NCBI GenBank assembly: GCA_011109175.1
Contig: RDEW01000104.1
Location: 15,133 to 79,132, forward strand
Source of the DNA: Dicyema japonicum
Taxonomy: Eukaryota > Animalia > Dicyemida
Reading direction: 5' to 3'
Length of the DNA stretch: 64,000 nucleotides
This document shows positions 1 to 12,700 of the stretch, one piece after another. The notes below the pieces were generated by a model, which was given only the letters and a program-made list of their open reading frames with translations, did not search any database and was not told the origin of the DNA. How positions within the stretch are numbered: position 1 is the first letter of the stretch; each line of letters begins with the position of its first letter. Position numbers and translations under genes: made by a program.

Positions 1-304
1 TTTATGTTGACCTATATCTATTATTTAACATAACTTTAGTGCAGATTGAAGTCATTAAATAACAAGAAAAAAAGTTATTTCAACAAAAGTGTTTGAAGGT
101 GATGATTTTATATTTGATTGATCTAATACGGAACAGTTAGATCATGAAATCCATAACAAATAGTTTGGTGTGTATGGGGGACGAAAAAACTGTCGAATGT
201 CTAGCTTTCATTCTATCAATCCAATTCGATATATTTTCCTAATAGCTGATGCTATTTTATTTGGCAATTGACTATGTACTGGATATTTAAGGACTGTGTT
301 GTGG

Positions 305-430
305 ACTATGCATCAGCATAATCAACTCGGATATCTTAATTAAATCCGACTTATTGATTGCAATAAGTTCATCAGCAGGCGCTTTATCATGTTCTTAGTG
401 GGAGAAGAATTTGGGAATAATAATTGAATT
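305..430 (+). repeat. Dispersed repeat ending in a (TAA)n-like tail, probably a retroelement 3' end; inverted homologue at ~2365-2480
   Basis: GACTATGCATCAGC...ACTCGGATATCTTAATTA...CAGCAGG...GGGAGA...GAATAATAATTGAA is shared with the reverse complement of 2365-2480. Confidence 0.6.
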
Positions 431-441
431 TGATGTAAATT

Positions 442-642
442 CTACATATCTTGTATTTTCCCTCTCGGGGGTTGTCTTTCGTCTATCATAAAATCTGAGA
501 CCATTTTGGAGAAGAAGTTTTCCATGGCCACGTTAGCGGAGAGATTTAGGTCTATTATTAATATATGTCCAAAGAGCCTCCACTGAGCTACCACAATTTT
601 AATAAAGGTTGGTAGTATCTCATCCTTTCGTGGATAGTTCAA
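442..642 (-). mobile_element. RTE-clade non-LTR retrotransposon, C-terminal ORF fragment
   Basis: QWRLFGHILIIDLNLSANVAME...RQPPRGK resembles the RTE C-terminal W.LFGH.L....RGRP motif; homologous to 4084-4338 and 6290-6840. Confidence 0.7.
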
Positions 643-1059
643 TTTAGTCAGTTACCCGGATCTTACTAACCCGGCTGCCATTAAACATCGAATGAGAATG
701 TTGGAGCTCAACATTGATAGTCTCGAATGAGCTGATTAATATTATCATCAAGCTTGTCAGGTGAGAAATGGTAAAACTCAGATCCATCTAAGAGGCAGAA
801 ACGTCCAGAGCAGATTTGCTACAGGATTTTTCCTTAATCTCTCTCGATGGTTTATCCCACGGGTAGAAAACATGCGGCTCTATTGGTGACTTTGACAAGC
901 ATAGTGCGGCTCGATTTAATGGCTATAAGACACATAAATCTGTAAAGATTTTATATAAACGTAAATATTTTATATATTACACAAAAAATTGTTATTTTTT
1001 ACATTTAATTAATTTTTTTTAATACTATTTGTTAATCTTGTTTTTCAATGTCACGTGCT

Positions 1060-1850
1060 TCTTCTAAAACCAGGAAACGGTATATGAACGATGGACGGAG
1101 AGTGCTTCAAGATAATTGAGAACTTGTCTATTTTTGCACACCGGTTGATGGAAAAATACACTGTTTGATATGTAACCAGTTTTTTCGCCATGCCGAAAGA
1201 ATATAACCTAAAAAGTCATTCTAATAATCGATCATTAATTATTAAGTTGCTTGTAGGACCAATGCGTGTTTCAAAGCAAATTGAATTGCGAAAAAATTAA
1301 ACTGCGTAACATCCACATTTCACAAAAGATCATAATCGAAGTTCTGTTTCAGTTAATGCAAGCTCTGAAATCAGCGGAATGCTTGCAGTGAATGGAAAAT
1401 AATATTGTGATGGTGATTTCATCAAGCAATAACTTGTAAAAACAGCAAAAATTATTTGTCCATATTCCATTTGTTTAACGATATTTTATTAACCAGAAAC
1501 ACTGTTGCCGAACACAAATTATGGATGTCTCAGCTATTAAATCATAATTTAGTTCATTTTCCTACGTGCAATGAACTCAGGAGTACTGTGGTGCATACTG
1601 TAAGGAATTTTTCCAAGTATGAAAGACAACTAGAATTGTTGCTAAAGGAATTTCAAAAAAGATTTACTGATTTCTCGGTTTTGAACAACAATTTTCATTA
1701 TTCACAGCACCATTCTCTTTTAATGTTTGTATTGCTGATGAAAGCTTACAAATGGATCTATTGGAGATCCAATCAGATTCTATACTTAAAGCTAAATATT
1801 TGGAGGTGGAATATCAGCTTTTTTCATATCTCCCTGAAAGTTTAAAAACT
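1060..1850 (+). mobile_element. hAT transposase remnant (SPIN/GTF2IRD2-like), internally deleted
   Basis: Frame-shifted FCTPVDGKIHCLICNQFFAMPKEYNLKSH (BED-like finger), CDGDFIKQ.LVKTAKIIC, LFNDILLTRNTVAEH, then a jump to C-terminal LLLKEFQKRFTDF. Confidence 0.8.
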
Positions 1851-2364
1851 ATAAACTGTCAACAGCCTTTTTGATTTTAAATTGACGCTTTGTATTATAA
1901 TGGAGACTGGATATGTAAGTTGTTAAGGTAATGTGGTGATGAATCTATATTGCACATAATGTCTGTTTGGCTAATGATGGACGACAAGAATATGATCTCT
2001 CTTCCTCATTTCTCTATGAACTAAATAGAGATACATCTGAAACCCGTATTGTTAAAAAAAACTTTGCATCGTTTTCTAAATTCAAATACCATTTTGTCGA
2101 AATTGAAAAAACTTCAGTCTATAGCAAATTATATTTTAAATTTTTTTGTTAATTGGAGTGCCTAAATTACTGAGTCTGATTCCTTTTAATCATCGGAAGC
2201 TCATAGAAGCATTCTCACTTTTAATTTCGTGTCATTCTTTGATCTTTCTTCGGCAGTCCTGCAAAGTCCCGATCAGCTTGATAAACTTTGCCGTGCTAAG
2301 GCCAAGCATATTGAAGAAAATGGAAACAGATCATTGATCATGTATTGGACAAGATATGAATAAT

Positions 2365-2480
2365 TTACATTATTCAATTATTATTATTCGCAAAATACAT
2401 CTCCCGAGGGATGAAGCTCCTGCTGACTGAACACAGACTTTATAATTAAGATATCTGAGTCGAGTGGCTGATGCATAGCC
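2365..2480 (-). repeat. Second copy of the 305-430 repeat
   Basis: Direct sequence similarity to 305-430 in reverse orientation. Confidence 0.6.
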
Positions 2481-2759
2481 AAAACACTGCCCTTGATTAT
2501 CCAGTACTTTTAGGCCACAGCCAAATGTCAAGGGCGATACCATAAGCTACTGGGAAAACCTATCGACTTGGATGGCATATTGGAAGATGCCATTCAGAAT
2601 TATTATAAATCCATACTTACCCAACCAAATGGTTGTAGCTTTCAAGAACTAACATTTTATATTTAACTGCTATAAAAATTTCCCTAACTATTACACTCAA
2701 ACAAACCAATCCTCATTAAACCAAAAAAACTGTTTCTTATTATTATCAACTGGTGATTA

Positions 2760-3637
2760 TTAGCAGTTCTTTAATTTTTTATATAAATATTTTAGAGAAT
2801 TTTTTGAATGATTTATTTTTGTGGCATAATCCTTTAATTCGCAAAAATTGGAAGCTTTTAAAAAGACGAATTTAGGATGAACAAATATTGGGATATTATT
2901 TTCAAATCTGCATAATCCTATTAAATCAGCCAATAATTTTACCAGTGAAATAAACGTCTTCCAAATGTAGTTTTATTAGGTTTTTACAGTTATTTAAAAT
3001 TAGAGGAATGGTCTGCTTAGACATCAAATACGTGAATCCACCACAAAAATCTGGGTAAGTTGAATTAGGATATTGATCTTTACTAATAAACCTTAATAAA
3101 GATAAAAGGTACCACTTGCTTTTGGGATCTCTTATTGGATATATTTTAGGGCACATTGAACAAAATATAAATGGAGTCAAGTAAAACTTTTTAGGTAAGC
3201 TTTTTTGTAGCAACAGGAAAAGATTTTCAACATTCAATAGGACATCGTCGTCAATTTTAATGAAGTAATCAAAATTTCTAAACTCATTCAATGCCCACGC
3301 GAGTGCATTTTCAACTTTTAAGGTCAAATTTGTGTAATCTTCGATAAAATTTTTACTAATGACAATGTCCTTATGCAATTTTTGTTCGTTCTCAATCAAC
3401 GACATTTTCCTACTCCTACTTTGTCCGACGAAGAAAAAATTTTAGAATTTAATTTTTCCATAGCATTACGTTTCCCCATGTTTTCCTTATGGCATTTCTT
3501 CTCTGCACGTTGTTCGGTTCTATCAATAATAAGTTTATTTAACCTGAAATACGACAAACAGAAACTTGTATTTTACCTGATAATCATTGAAGGTGAGTTT
3601 TGTGCGAAATAAAAAAATAAAATGATCGACTAGTCAT
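2760..3637 (-). pseudogene. Beta-1,3-glycosyltransferase (GT31/Galactosyl_T family), disrupted
   Basis: Motifs EPNNVQRRNAIRKTWG, DIVISKNFIEDYTNLTLK, KIDDDVLLN, YPDFCGGFTYLMS, LEDVYFTG; three apparent single-base frameshifts not explained by introns. Confidence 0.8.
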
Positions 3638-3949
3638 TAAATATTAAGTACAAGGATCATAATTCGAATTAATTCTTAAATTTTTGTCTAAGCAAAAATT
3701 TGCAACATCTCATGAGAAAATCTCGGTTTAAAATGAATGAATATTTGAATCAATAAATTGACGAATAAAATAATGAATGAAATAGTTATTGATAACAGAA
3801 TTAAATAGGTTTAAATTATAAATAGTTGAAATAACATGACCCTGCATCGACGGGTCTGGACTCCTCGGTGGCGTCTTTTTTATCCAGTCATCATCAGCAA
3901 GTTGTACATACGAAGACAGTAGATATTGTTAGTCGTAGTTAATTTCCTC

Positions 3950-4340
3950 ATATCTTCAATGAACTAATTATTTTCCTCAAACTCTGAACTTCCTATAACT
4001 CAAATTTACTTGACATTGTCATATCAAAATGAAACCTAGCATTCCATATTGCCGTCCGACTTTCTATATAAGAGCATGGCGATTTGTACAAGATCCTGGA
4101 TGGAAGTTTTGGGGCTTTTGGACATATATTTGGTCTTGATCTGGGGACCCTCGCGAACGTGGTCATGGGGGACTACTTTGTTTTAGATGCTCTGCATTTC
4201 CGTGGTCTACCGAGGATAACACTGCCGACCGTCTTTCATAAAGACGTTGAAAAAGTCGGGAGATGTCTTAAGGACGGGAAGGAAATTAACAGGTTAAAGG
4301 GTACCGAAAAGAGTCCCCAAAATGGAAAATTTAAATAGTA
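3950..4340 (+). mobile_element. RTE-clade retrotransposon C-terminal fragment
   Basis: FGHIFGLDLGTLANVVMGDYF...RGLPRITLPTVFHKD parallels RGRPRTTLPIVLQKD at ~6620. Confidence 0.75.
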
Positions 4341-4419
4341 CAATCGACCTCGATTTAAAACACAAAGCGTTGTTCCAAAAATTAAGGTTTAATTTAAAAA
4401 AAAAACTTCTGTCATGCAG

Positions 4420-4800
4420 ACGGAGCTCTTGGAGATTCCCCCGTCACACCATGTTTTAACTCGACAGTCATGAGAGCTATCGAATACGTCGAGCTTACTT
4501 GCTTTTGGAACCTGTCAGTCTTGACAGAGGTTATGACAAGAGAGTACTGCTGAAGAATTGAAAAGGAGGAAGTACCACGGCATCGTGGACCGGTTCGTTT
4601 TCCTGTCGATCAGCATTGAGACTTATGGCTTTATTAACCCGAGCACGTCTGAGTTTATCAGGTTAATCGGACGGCTTACGGGGAAGTAGAAAAGTGAACC
4701 TACAATGACGCGATGGCTTTTCCAGAACATTTGGCTCGCGATTATGAGAGGTAACTCCCATTGTGCATTCAATGCCTGCGGGGAAAGATAAAACAACTTG
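4420..4800 (+). mobile_element. CRE-like (RLE-type) non-LTR element 3' fragment, degenerate
   Basis: LEPVSLDRG...RFVFLSISIETYG...WLFQNIWLAIMRGNS matches the ORF at 13777-14400. Confidence 0.8.
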
Positions 4801-5259
4801 GCTTTAAATTTGGGGGATTCGAAGAATTTGGATAATGTTTATATCCAAAAAAACTGATAATGGCCTCATACAAGTCGACAACTCTTGTCAGAGCCCAACA
4901 TTAGAAAATCGTCTTACTTCTGCATAAAATAGCGAGATTGAGTGTTCAGAACAAAGTATTTGACCACGTATCGAGCCAAAGAAAGCTCAAGAAAAAAAGA
5001 AAATCTCAATTATATTGACATTTTCGACAAAATGTAAGTATAAAAACCAATTGAAAATTTGTTTTTGTATCTTTATTTGATACGCTTCACTGTGACAAAA
5101 TATAACCAGTCATGTGTTCGATATATCCCTCATTCGCGAGAGGAAGCTATTTAATTCATATCAGCTCCAAGAAGAATTTCTGCCATAGAGAGAACAGATT
5201 TTATTAGAAATTCACCACAAAAGTCTCAGTAATGTGAAGGCTTGATGGAATCAGACCCC

Positions 5260-6290
5260 GTTGAGAAACACTGATGTGAAACATTCCACTACTACCCACC
5301 TAACTAAACTGCCTGACTGTATCGCCAATGGATTCAATAACCATAAACAACCTCTCCGAACTGTTCTCGTCTCTATCGACCTATACAAAGCTGTTGATAG
5401 AACTTCACAACACGTGCTTTCTAACAAGATTATTTTAAACGTATTTTCTGTCTGGTAGAATCAGTCGAAATTTTGTGACGTCAAAGAAATCTCATACAGG
5501 AATTTAACAAACTTGGGTTCCACAAGGTTCTGTTTTCTCCCCCAGCCCGTTTAATTTTAATTTAAACAACATCCCTGAACAACAAGAAACCCTCATTCTA
5601 TCACGCTGATGATTTAATGTAGCATACCAGTACGGTTACACTAAATATTAGACTTTTATTTTGTATTAATAATAAAAATAATAAAGATCACTGACCTTGT
5701 TAAACAGAATCGGATCGCTCACCGCTAAGAGAAAAAGTTATAGAAGAGAAAGGTGCTGAGTAATTAGCGTATTTTCTTGCAAATCATCAAGGGAAATGCA
5801 TTCTCGATTATGAGAGTAGCCAGTAATTGCTAACTGTTAATTTTTGTCTTTGATTGGCTTCATAAATTTAAAAAATAAAAAAGAGGTCAAGTACTGTAAC
5901 GTTTATTTTATTGTAACCGTAATGGTATGTGAAATTTAACAATTGCTTCAAACTCTATGACATAGATGAAGCCTCGAACAGGTTACATGCAAATCTCGAT
6001 ATTCTAACAACATGGCTATTTGACAATCGACTTACTCATTTCCCGTCGAAATCCAGCATTACAGTATTTACTTACGATTGTCGACAGTTTTATGTTCAAC
6101 CTGAAGTGAAGATATTTGTAAAAGTTCTGAAACAGAAACTGTGAAAATACTTTGGATCATTTTTGATAAATCCCTTTCTTCTCGTCTCACGAGGACATGT
6201 CATCCTGAACATAAAGCTCTCCGTGCTGTTTCTGGAGTCAAATTCTAATTTTTGTTATTGTGAATTGCATCAATATGGCATGTTCATTAT
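5260..6290 (+). mobile_element. Jockey/I-like LINE reverse-transcriptase fragments
   Basis: HSTTTHLT...RTVLVSIDLYKAVD; GVPQGSVLSP-like segment near 5515; LHANLDILTTWLFDNRL..FPSKS. Confidence 0.75.
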
Positions 6291-6840
6291 AGATCAAAGA
6301 GGTATCGGCACGAAAATGAGAATCCTAATATACGACTCATTCATAAAACCCGTATTTTTATATAACCCTGGAACTTGGGAGACCTCACCAGCGGATATGG
6401 AAAAACTAGACTAGTTCCACAGAGGTCAGCTGAGAAAAATAACAGGAACTACTTGGCCTACGAGAATATCGAGAAATGCTTTATATAAGAAATGCAGCAC
6501 TAGACCTATCAGCTTAGAAGTACTGAAATCCCGATGAAAGCTCTTCGGACACGTGCTGAGGATGGAATTAACATCCCCACCGAACATATCTATGGAAACA
6601 TACTATGTTAATCAAGAAGCCCGCTATCGTGGAAGACCTAGAACAACACTGCCTATAGTTTTACAAAAAGACCTGGTCAATATTAAAAAAATCTAAAAAA
6701 TGCCGACGACCTGGACAGCATGAGAGTGTTGGCTAGGAAGAGGGGAGCATGGAAAAGGATGACATTAAACCTCGTTTTTTGCTGCACATGCGAGGTTATA
6801 ATTAGTATGGCTTTCGTGAAGTGCTTAAATAATAATAATG
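6290..6840 (+). mobile_element. RTE-clade retrotransposon 3' end with (TAA)n tail
   Basis: TKMRILIYDSFIKPVFLYN..TW, KLFGHVLRM, RGRPRTTLP; ends TTAAATAATAATAATG. Confidence 0.85.
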
Positions 6841-6849
6841 ATGTTCACT

Positions 6850-8810
6850 ATAGAGAGGGTTTTTTTAACTCAAGAACACCAACAGTTAATTTAATTACTA
6901 AATTAATTAAGTGATCTCGAAGGCCTCAATCTGAATTCTCATTTTCTCCTCGTGCGCCTTCTGGGATCCAACACAACTTCTCTGTGGGCGGGGTGGTTTC
7001 GGGAATAGGAATTGGAAAGGGGTGATGTATACCTTTCTCATAAAACACGTCGTGGCTGTGTATTGTTGAGAGTTGCACTGCTTGCACAGAAGTAGCAAAT
7101 CCTTTTCCATTTTGTCGGATCAGGTCTTCAAGTGATGAGGGTATTAGTTTTTCTAGTTTCCCGAGATTACTAATACTAGTGGCTGTTATGGCCTGAATGT
7201 CCCGGATTCTTTGTTTGTTAGTCCAGGACAGATTGATTCCCCATGACGTACAGGCATAGCTGACAGAAGGCTCAATGAATTGTTTGTACAACAGTTTCAA
7301 AGCTGGGAAAGAGGTTTTAATGCCACCGAAAATAGTTTTGATTATCCCTAGCTTTCTTGAGCAGCTTCCAGAGACCGCGTCGACGTGAGGTGAAAAAGAC
7401 ATGTGTGTGTCGAAGGTGATCCCTAAGATTTTCAGTTTCTTCGTGAAAGGTATTTTTGTCTGGTTGATAGAAATATCCACTCTCATTTGTCCAAGTCTTT
7501 TGTCTGAGGTAAATAAAGACGAAAAAGATTTTTCAGTAGATATATCAAGCCGGTTATAATTTAGCCAAATTTGAATCTTGTGAAGATATTCTTGTAGTCT
7601 TTCTGATGCCTTTGGGATATCTTGGTCTCAGGATCCGATTAATAAGTCATCAGCATATGAAAGGATGAAATCGTCTTTATTATCGGGTTGCGGTAAATCG
7701 GACATGTATAAGTTAAATAAGGCGGGTGATAAAGGGGAACCTTGTGGGACACCATTGGGTAGTAATCTTGAAATTGATTTGGTCCCATCCATGTATACCC
7801 TGTCCCTTCTACCATTTATGAAGTTATGAAGTTAGCAAGCCTATTGGTTAGGGTTAGGTTAGGGTTTTGTATTGGGGTTGACGGGGAGAGCAAACAATTT
7901 CCGGGTTAGGATTTTCTTTGAGACAGAGTCGAAGGCCTTTTGTAAATCGATCGAACAGACGACTGTTTTGAGGTGACGAGGATTTGTGTTAAAGCCTTCA
8001 ATGATAAATTGGTTGAGGGAAATTAGGTGGGTGGAAGTTGAATGACCCCTTCTAAATCCATGTTGTGAGGTCGAAAAAGGAAGGAACGGGGTTATAATGT
8101 TAAGAATCAATTTTTCCAATAACTTTGATAAGGTGCATAGTAACGAGATTGGACAAATGATGCAGGATTGTTTTTAGGCTTGCCAGGCTTAAGGATTGGG
8201 CGTAATATAGTACAGTATCCAGATAGTTGGAATTGTATTCATGTTTATTTAATATCACTGTGATTGCATCAATCGCAATAGGTCCAAGGTGTTTTAGTAT
8301 AATACCAGGGATAGAATCTGGCCCACATGAAAGGGAAGAATTTATCCTCTTCAAACCCTCACTGACTTCTGAATGAGGGATAAAGTTAATCGGCTTTGTT
8401 CTCTTCGGTCTTATTGAGGATAAAGAAGGCCCATCCATTTTCCTGAAAGGTTTGTGGCTTATATTGGCGTAATATTTCATGAGCTTGTTAAGATTGTGCT
8501 GATCCGTCTGTTGTCTTTTAAAATTTCCTTTTGGACCAAGTTGTTTAATTTCTCTCCATATCGTCTGAACAGATTTCTGAAATGGAAGGGAAGATACTAG
8601 TTTGTCCCATCTGTTGGCTTCTGTTTTTCTAATCCTTTTAGATATTTCGTCATTGAGAGTTTTTGTTTGATTTTTCTGTCCGGGAAAGGAAGGTACATGT
8701 CTTTTCAGGCGATTCCTTTCTTTAATTAATGATTTGGTGTTCTGATCAAGTTTTTCATTGTAGAATTTAAATGATCCACGCGGAATGAATGTTCTCCGCG
8801 CCAAGAGGGT
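6850..8810 (-). mobile_element. 5'-truncated jockey/I-like LINE (~1.9 kb): endonuclease-RT linker, RT and C-terminus, disrupted
   Basis: SCGPDSIPG, QHGFRRGHST, SIDLQKAFDSV, NGVPQGSPLSPALFNLYMSDLP, SYADDL, LKILGITFD; ends GAGATCAC-TTAATTAA. Confidence 0.92.
7846..7866 (+). repeat. Interstitial telomere-type repeat (TTAGGG/TTAGG) inside the LINE RT
   Basis: GGTTAGGGTTAGGTTAGGGTT; supplies the stop codon that ends ORF 7859-8119. Confidence 0.7.
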
Positions 8811-8922
8811 TCATTATAGAAAGGGTTAACTGTATTTTATTATTTAATTCGTAATTAAAATTTTATTTCTATTTAATTAAATTTAAATATATAAAGTTTT
8901 TGATTCTCGTGATAGTCTTGTG

Positions 8923-11378
8923 ATGGTTGAAGAATCTAATATGCCAAATTTTAGTGATGACAGTGACTTCGTGGATGAAATCTCTGATTCAGGTAATTAA
9001 CAAATTTCTACATCAGAATTAATTCCTGAAGTAATGTCCAAAAGGCCTACATTAAATACAAACTTTGACTCAATAATCGTCATAATTGGCCTCCCAAAGA
9101 CGGCAGTGGAACAAAAGGCTGTCCTCGAGAAGAATATCCGCAATAAGTTCCACCCTTTTGGAGACATTATCTGCGTCTTCATCCCTGTGGTCGATAACCA
9201 GACAAGTGGGTATTCCTCTTTCTAACAATAAGCTGCTGCTTCGTCGAATATGCTCAGTCCAAGGGTGCCATCAATTCAGTCTCCGCTATGGACTCTAAGA
9301 AACTCGGAAACAGCAAGATTTATGTGAGCTTATATTCCGACTTTGAGAGGTAATTGATCTCGTGGTTACTTCAGACTGAAAGATTATCATTTTCCCTCAG
9401 TTAACGTAGAAGAAGAAAACCGAAAAATTGAATCAGTAATTTCAGAGATAATCCCCAGATGAATTTCTACGGCTGGCTCTCAACCGACGAGGCTCAGTTC
9501 GCCGTGATCGATGGGACCTCAGTTCAGATCAAAGCTAACGACAGAAACTCCTCCAAACTTATCTCTTCCATCGAAGATGTTGGTGATTTGAAGTATCCTA
9601 GACAAGTCCCATTGAGAAGTTCCTATGGTCTCCGCGTGGGACGTTCCTGGTGACGTTTCAGCACCAAGGGGTCACCATTTACGGAAAGGACTCACTCGAA
9701 GTGATCTCTAGACTTCCTCACGAGGGAGTCAACTTTGTCCAGTTTTCCCCCACGGAGAGGTCAATTGATTTCTTACCTCTCAGATATGTGATAACCGCAT
9801 CTTTGACTGAGGACCACCGACCATCAGGAGAAGTCAGATGCTGGGTCACGTACTTTGGCACGGGGATCAAGTCTACAAAGATCACCAATGAGGTATGGCC
9901 CGTGTTCAAGTTCCACTACTTCTTTAAATTTATAGATTCAATCACTCCGAGGAGTACATTGCCAGGATAAGAAGCAAGTCTACCTTAACTGTCTTCACTA
10001 TGCCGGTTTTTCTTGTCGTTATAGATTAGGACTTCACCACGAAGCTGTCGTTGCCATGCTGTGCTGAGTATTTGTCTTTAAGCATTGTAGCCATTTTGAG
10101 TGGATTCCCTACCAAAACAATTTAGTTTACTTTGAGAAACACTCCTCAGGTGATATGAGGACCTTTAGAATCATCAACATTAACGGAGACAAAATCCTTT
10201 CCAAGGTTTACTCGACTCTGATTGACACTGTCGTCAGCTTCGACCTCAGTGGACACTTTATGATACTGCTGGCTCACATCAAGGCTCGTCAGGGATCTGT
10301 ATTTGCTGTTTCTGATGGTTAGGGTCGAAATCACGTGTTGAATTTGGTTAGGATGACGGAAACTGGATGCCCCATGGAACGAGTGGATCCCGGAGCAGGT
10401 TACATTGATTCTATATGTATAGGAAAGCATATATATTCGTTTGCGTTTGAAGCGAAGGGGGATCGGTTTTGTGTGCTTTCTGGAGACAGTGATTCCACCA
10501 TGCTAACACTTTATTCATGTGGGGCTTCGAAGTGCCGAGTTATTGGTTTTATTTTGTTTTTATATTGATTTTTAAAATTAATTTGAAATTTATTAGTTAA
10601 AAAATTAAATTTTTTTCTAATATTATTTTTGTCTTTAATATTTTTATTTTTTTATTTAGTGATTAACATTTGTATTTTTTAGAGTCAACAAAGTCGAGAG
10701 CTGGTTACAATGGTATCAGTTGGTCCCCCGAATCATCTGTGCTAGTTATTATAGACTTTAGAAGGTTTGGTTCAGCTTATATTCAGCCCGACGTTGGAAT
10801 TCTATGATGTTAGTAACCTGAAGAAAATTCGTCAAGTATCAGTGGACCGGAAGATCAGTTCACATGAGTGGGATCCTACCGGAAGGTACTTTGTGGTCTC
10901 CTCGTCTTCTAAATTCAATATTGTTGATAATATTTTTTATTTTAGAACCAAGCTGGCTATTCCATGTATTCGACCTCTGGGCGTCTTATTTACAACACCT
11001 ACTCTCGGATGTTCGTTCAAGCTGCCTTCAGACCTTCACCTCCATCTCCTTTGACTGCGGCACAGATAAAAGTACTCTTTGATCTTATTAGGCTATAAAT
11101 GACCGTTTTGAGTCTGAATCTGCCAATTTGAAAGACTTTGATGATAAATGCGATCAGGAAGCTTCTATCAAAAAACAAAAAATACGGAAAGTCCGTAGTC
11201 AAGTGCTAAAGTCGTGGCTAATTGATAATAAGGATAAAATGATTAAGACCCACAGGGAGTATATTGAAGCTAATGGTTTAAATTTTAATTATTCTTAGCG
11301 CCTCCTGACCGTGGACAACTTGTTGATGAGGAATATGAATTATTGATTAGTGTCGAGACTACCGTACTTGATGATTGA
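8923..11378 (+). CDS. EIF3B: Translation initiation factor 3 subunit B, ~16 introns (15 of 20-26 nt, one ~137 nt)
   Basis: Spliced MPNFSDDSDFVDEISDSELIPEVMSKRP..FDSIIVIIGLP (RRM), WSPRGTFL, FSPTERYVIT, WPVFKF, WDPTGRYFV; all in-frame stops removed by GT-AG introns (first 8993-9016). Confidence 0.93.
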
Positions 11379-12199
11379 TTTTTTCTTAATAAAATTTTGA
11401 TTTTTAATAGTAATACAAGATATACTCTTATTAGCAGGCACTCATTAAATCAACTCATTTTTAAGTTATTCTTGTTACAATTTCATTTATGTTAAATAGT
11501 TCGCACGTGGTGTACTGTAAAGTTGATCAGTCGGTACTGGTGCAGCATAGTACTTCCTGAGCACTTATAGTACATCCAGAAAATTAAACTCTCGAAAAAA
11601 TAACTTTGGAGCTAGGATTGACAAAGTGTGACGTATAAGATTGATGGTCCTCGGGTCTTTGGACGAAGTATGACCTAGATTTCTTATCATTTCTTTATGA
11701 ATCTGAAAATTCCTTCCCATTTTAGTTTGTATGAAGATTTGAACATAAGTTCTGACTCTTAATGTATGTTTTTTATGATAAAAAATATTAATTTTATGGG
11801 GTAATAGTGATTATAACTCTTAGTGATTAGTGCTGTCACATGTGTGTAAGTTCGATTCACACACCGCTACCTAAAAAATCGAGGGATTCTTTTATTCTGC
11901 TCTTTGTTATTTTCAAATCTTAAGAGTCCTCATATGATCCTCCTGTCACGAAAACGATCGGTGGCTACCCGGGATCAAAAAAGAAGATATCTCTCCCGTA
12001 TTTTATTGGAGGGGTTTTTAACAGCGGATTTGAATAAACTTGTCGCTTGGAATGACCGCATATCACTTCGTCGCGAGAACTGCTAGGCACTAGTTGACTC
12101 TTAATTTTTTTTGTATATAAATTCTAACACAAATTTATTTGACTATTATCGACTATTTGACTATTATCGACGGCATTTTATAAATAATAAATATAAGAA

Positions 12200-12700
12200 A
12201 AATTGTAAACTGACATAAAGAATCAAAGTAACGTGCCTATGCAGAGATAGTTCAGATTTCATACCTCTACATGGCATGACATGTGACTGATATGGACATC
12301 ATGGCCTTACAAGTCTAATAACCTCAGAAAGAGTTCCACGACAAAGCAATAAACGGATGCCGCTGCTAAAGCTGAGAAGGCATAGGGGTAGAAATACGAA
12401 AGACATCTTGACCAGACTGCTACACGTTCTATGCAGTCGTGGTTGAAACAATTGGATAAATAAATAGGAATTCATTTTCTCAAAACGGTTTAAACAATAG
12501 CAACACTCATAGGCCATAACGAACCTAAGACGAAATGACTTCTTCAGTTAATCTCAATTGCCATCGCTAAATTGAACCATATGGCTATTAGATTAAATAT
12601 CTCTTCCTTCTAGTGTTATTATCTGATCAACTTTAACTAGATGACGACAATAAAATGTATCGGGATCACGGGATTAGTTAGTTCGTGTTTACCTTTGGAA
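12200..12700 (+). mobile_element. Degenerate LINE 3' fragment
   Basis: RMPLLKLRRHRGRNTKDILT resembles the LINE C-terminal region; GGGATCAC-GGGATTAGTTAG near 12662. Confidence 0.55.

Noticed and set aside
8923-11378. Stop-codon reassignment to explain fragmented ORFs
   Set aside because: Every in-frame stop in the conserved genes falls inside a removable mini-intron, and genes end in TAA, TGA or possibly TAG.
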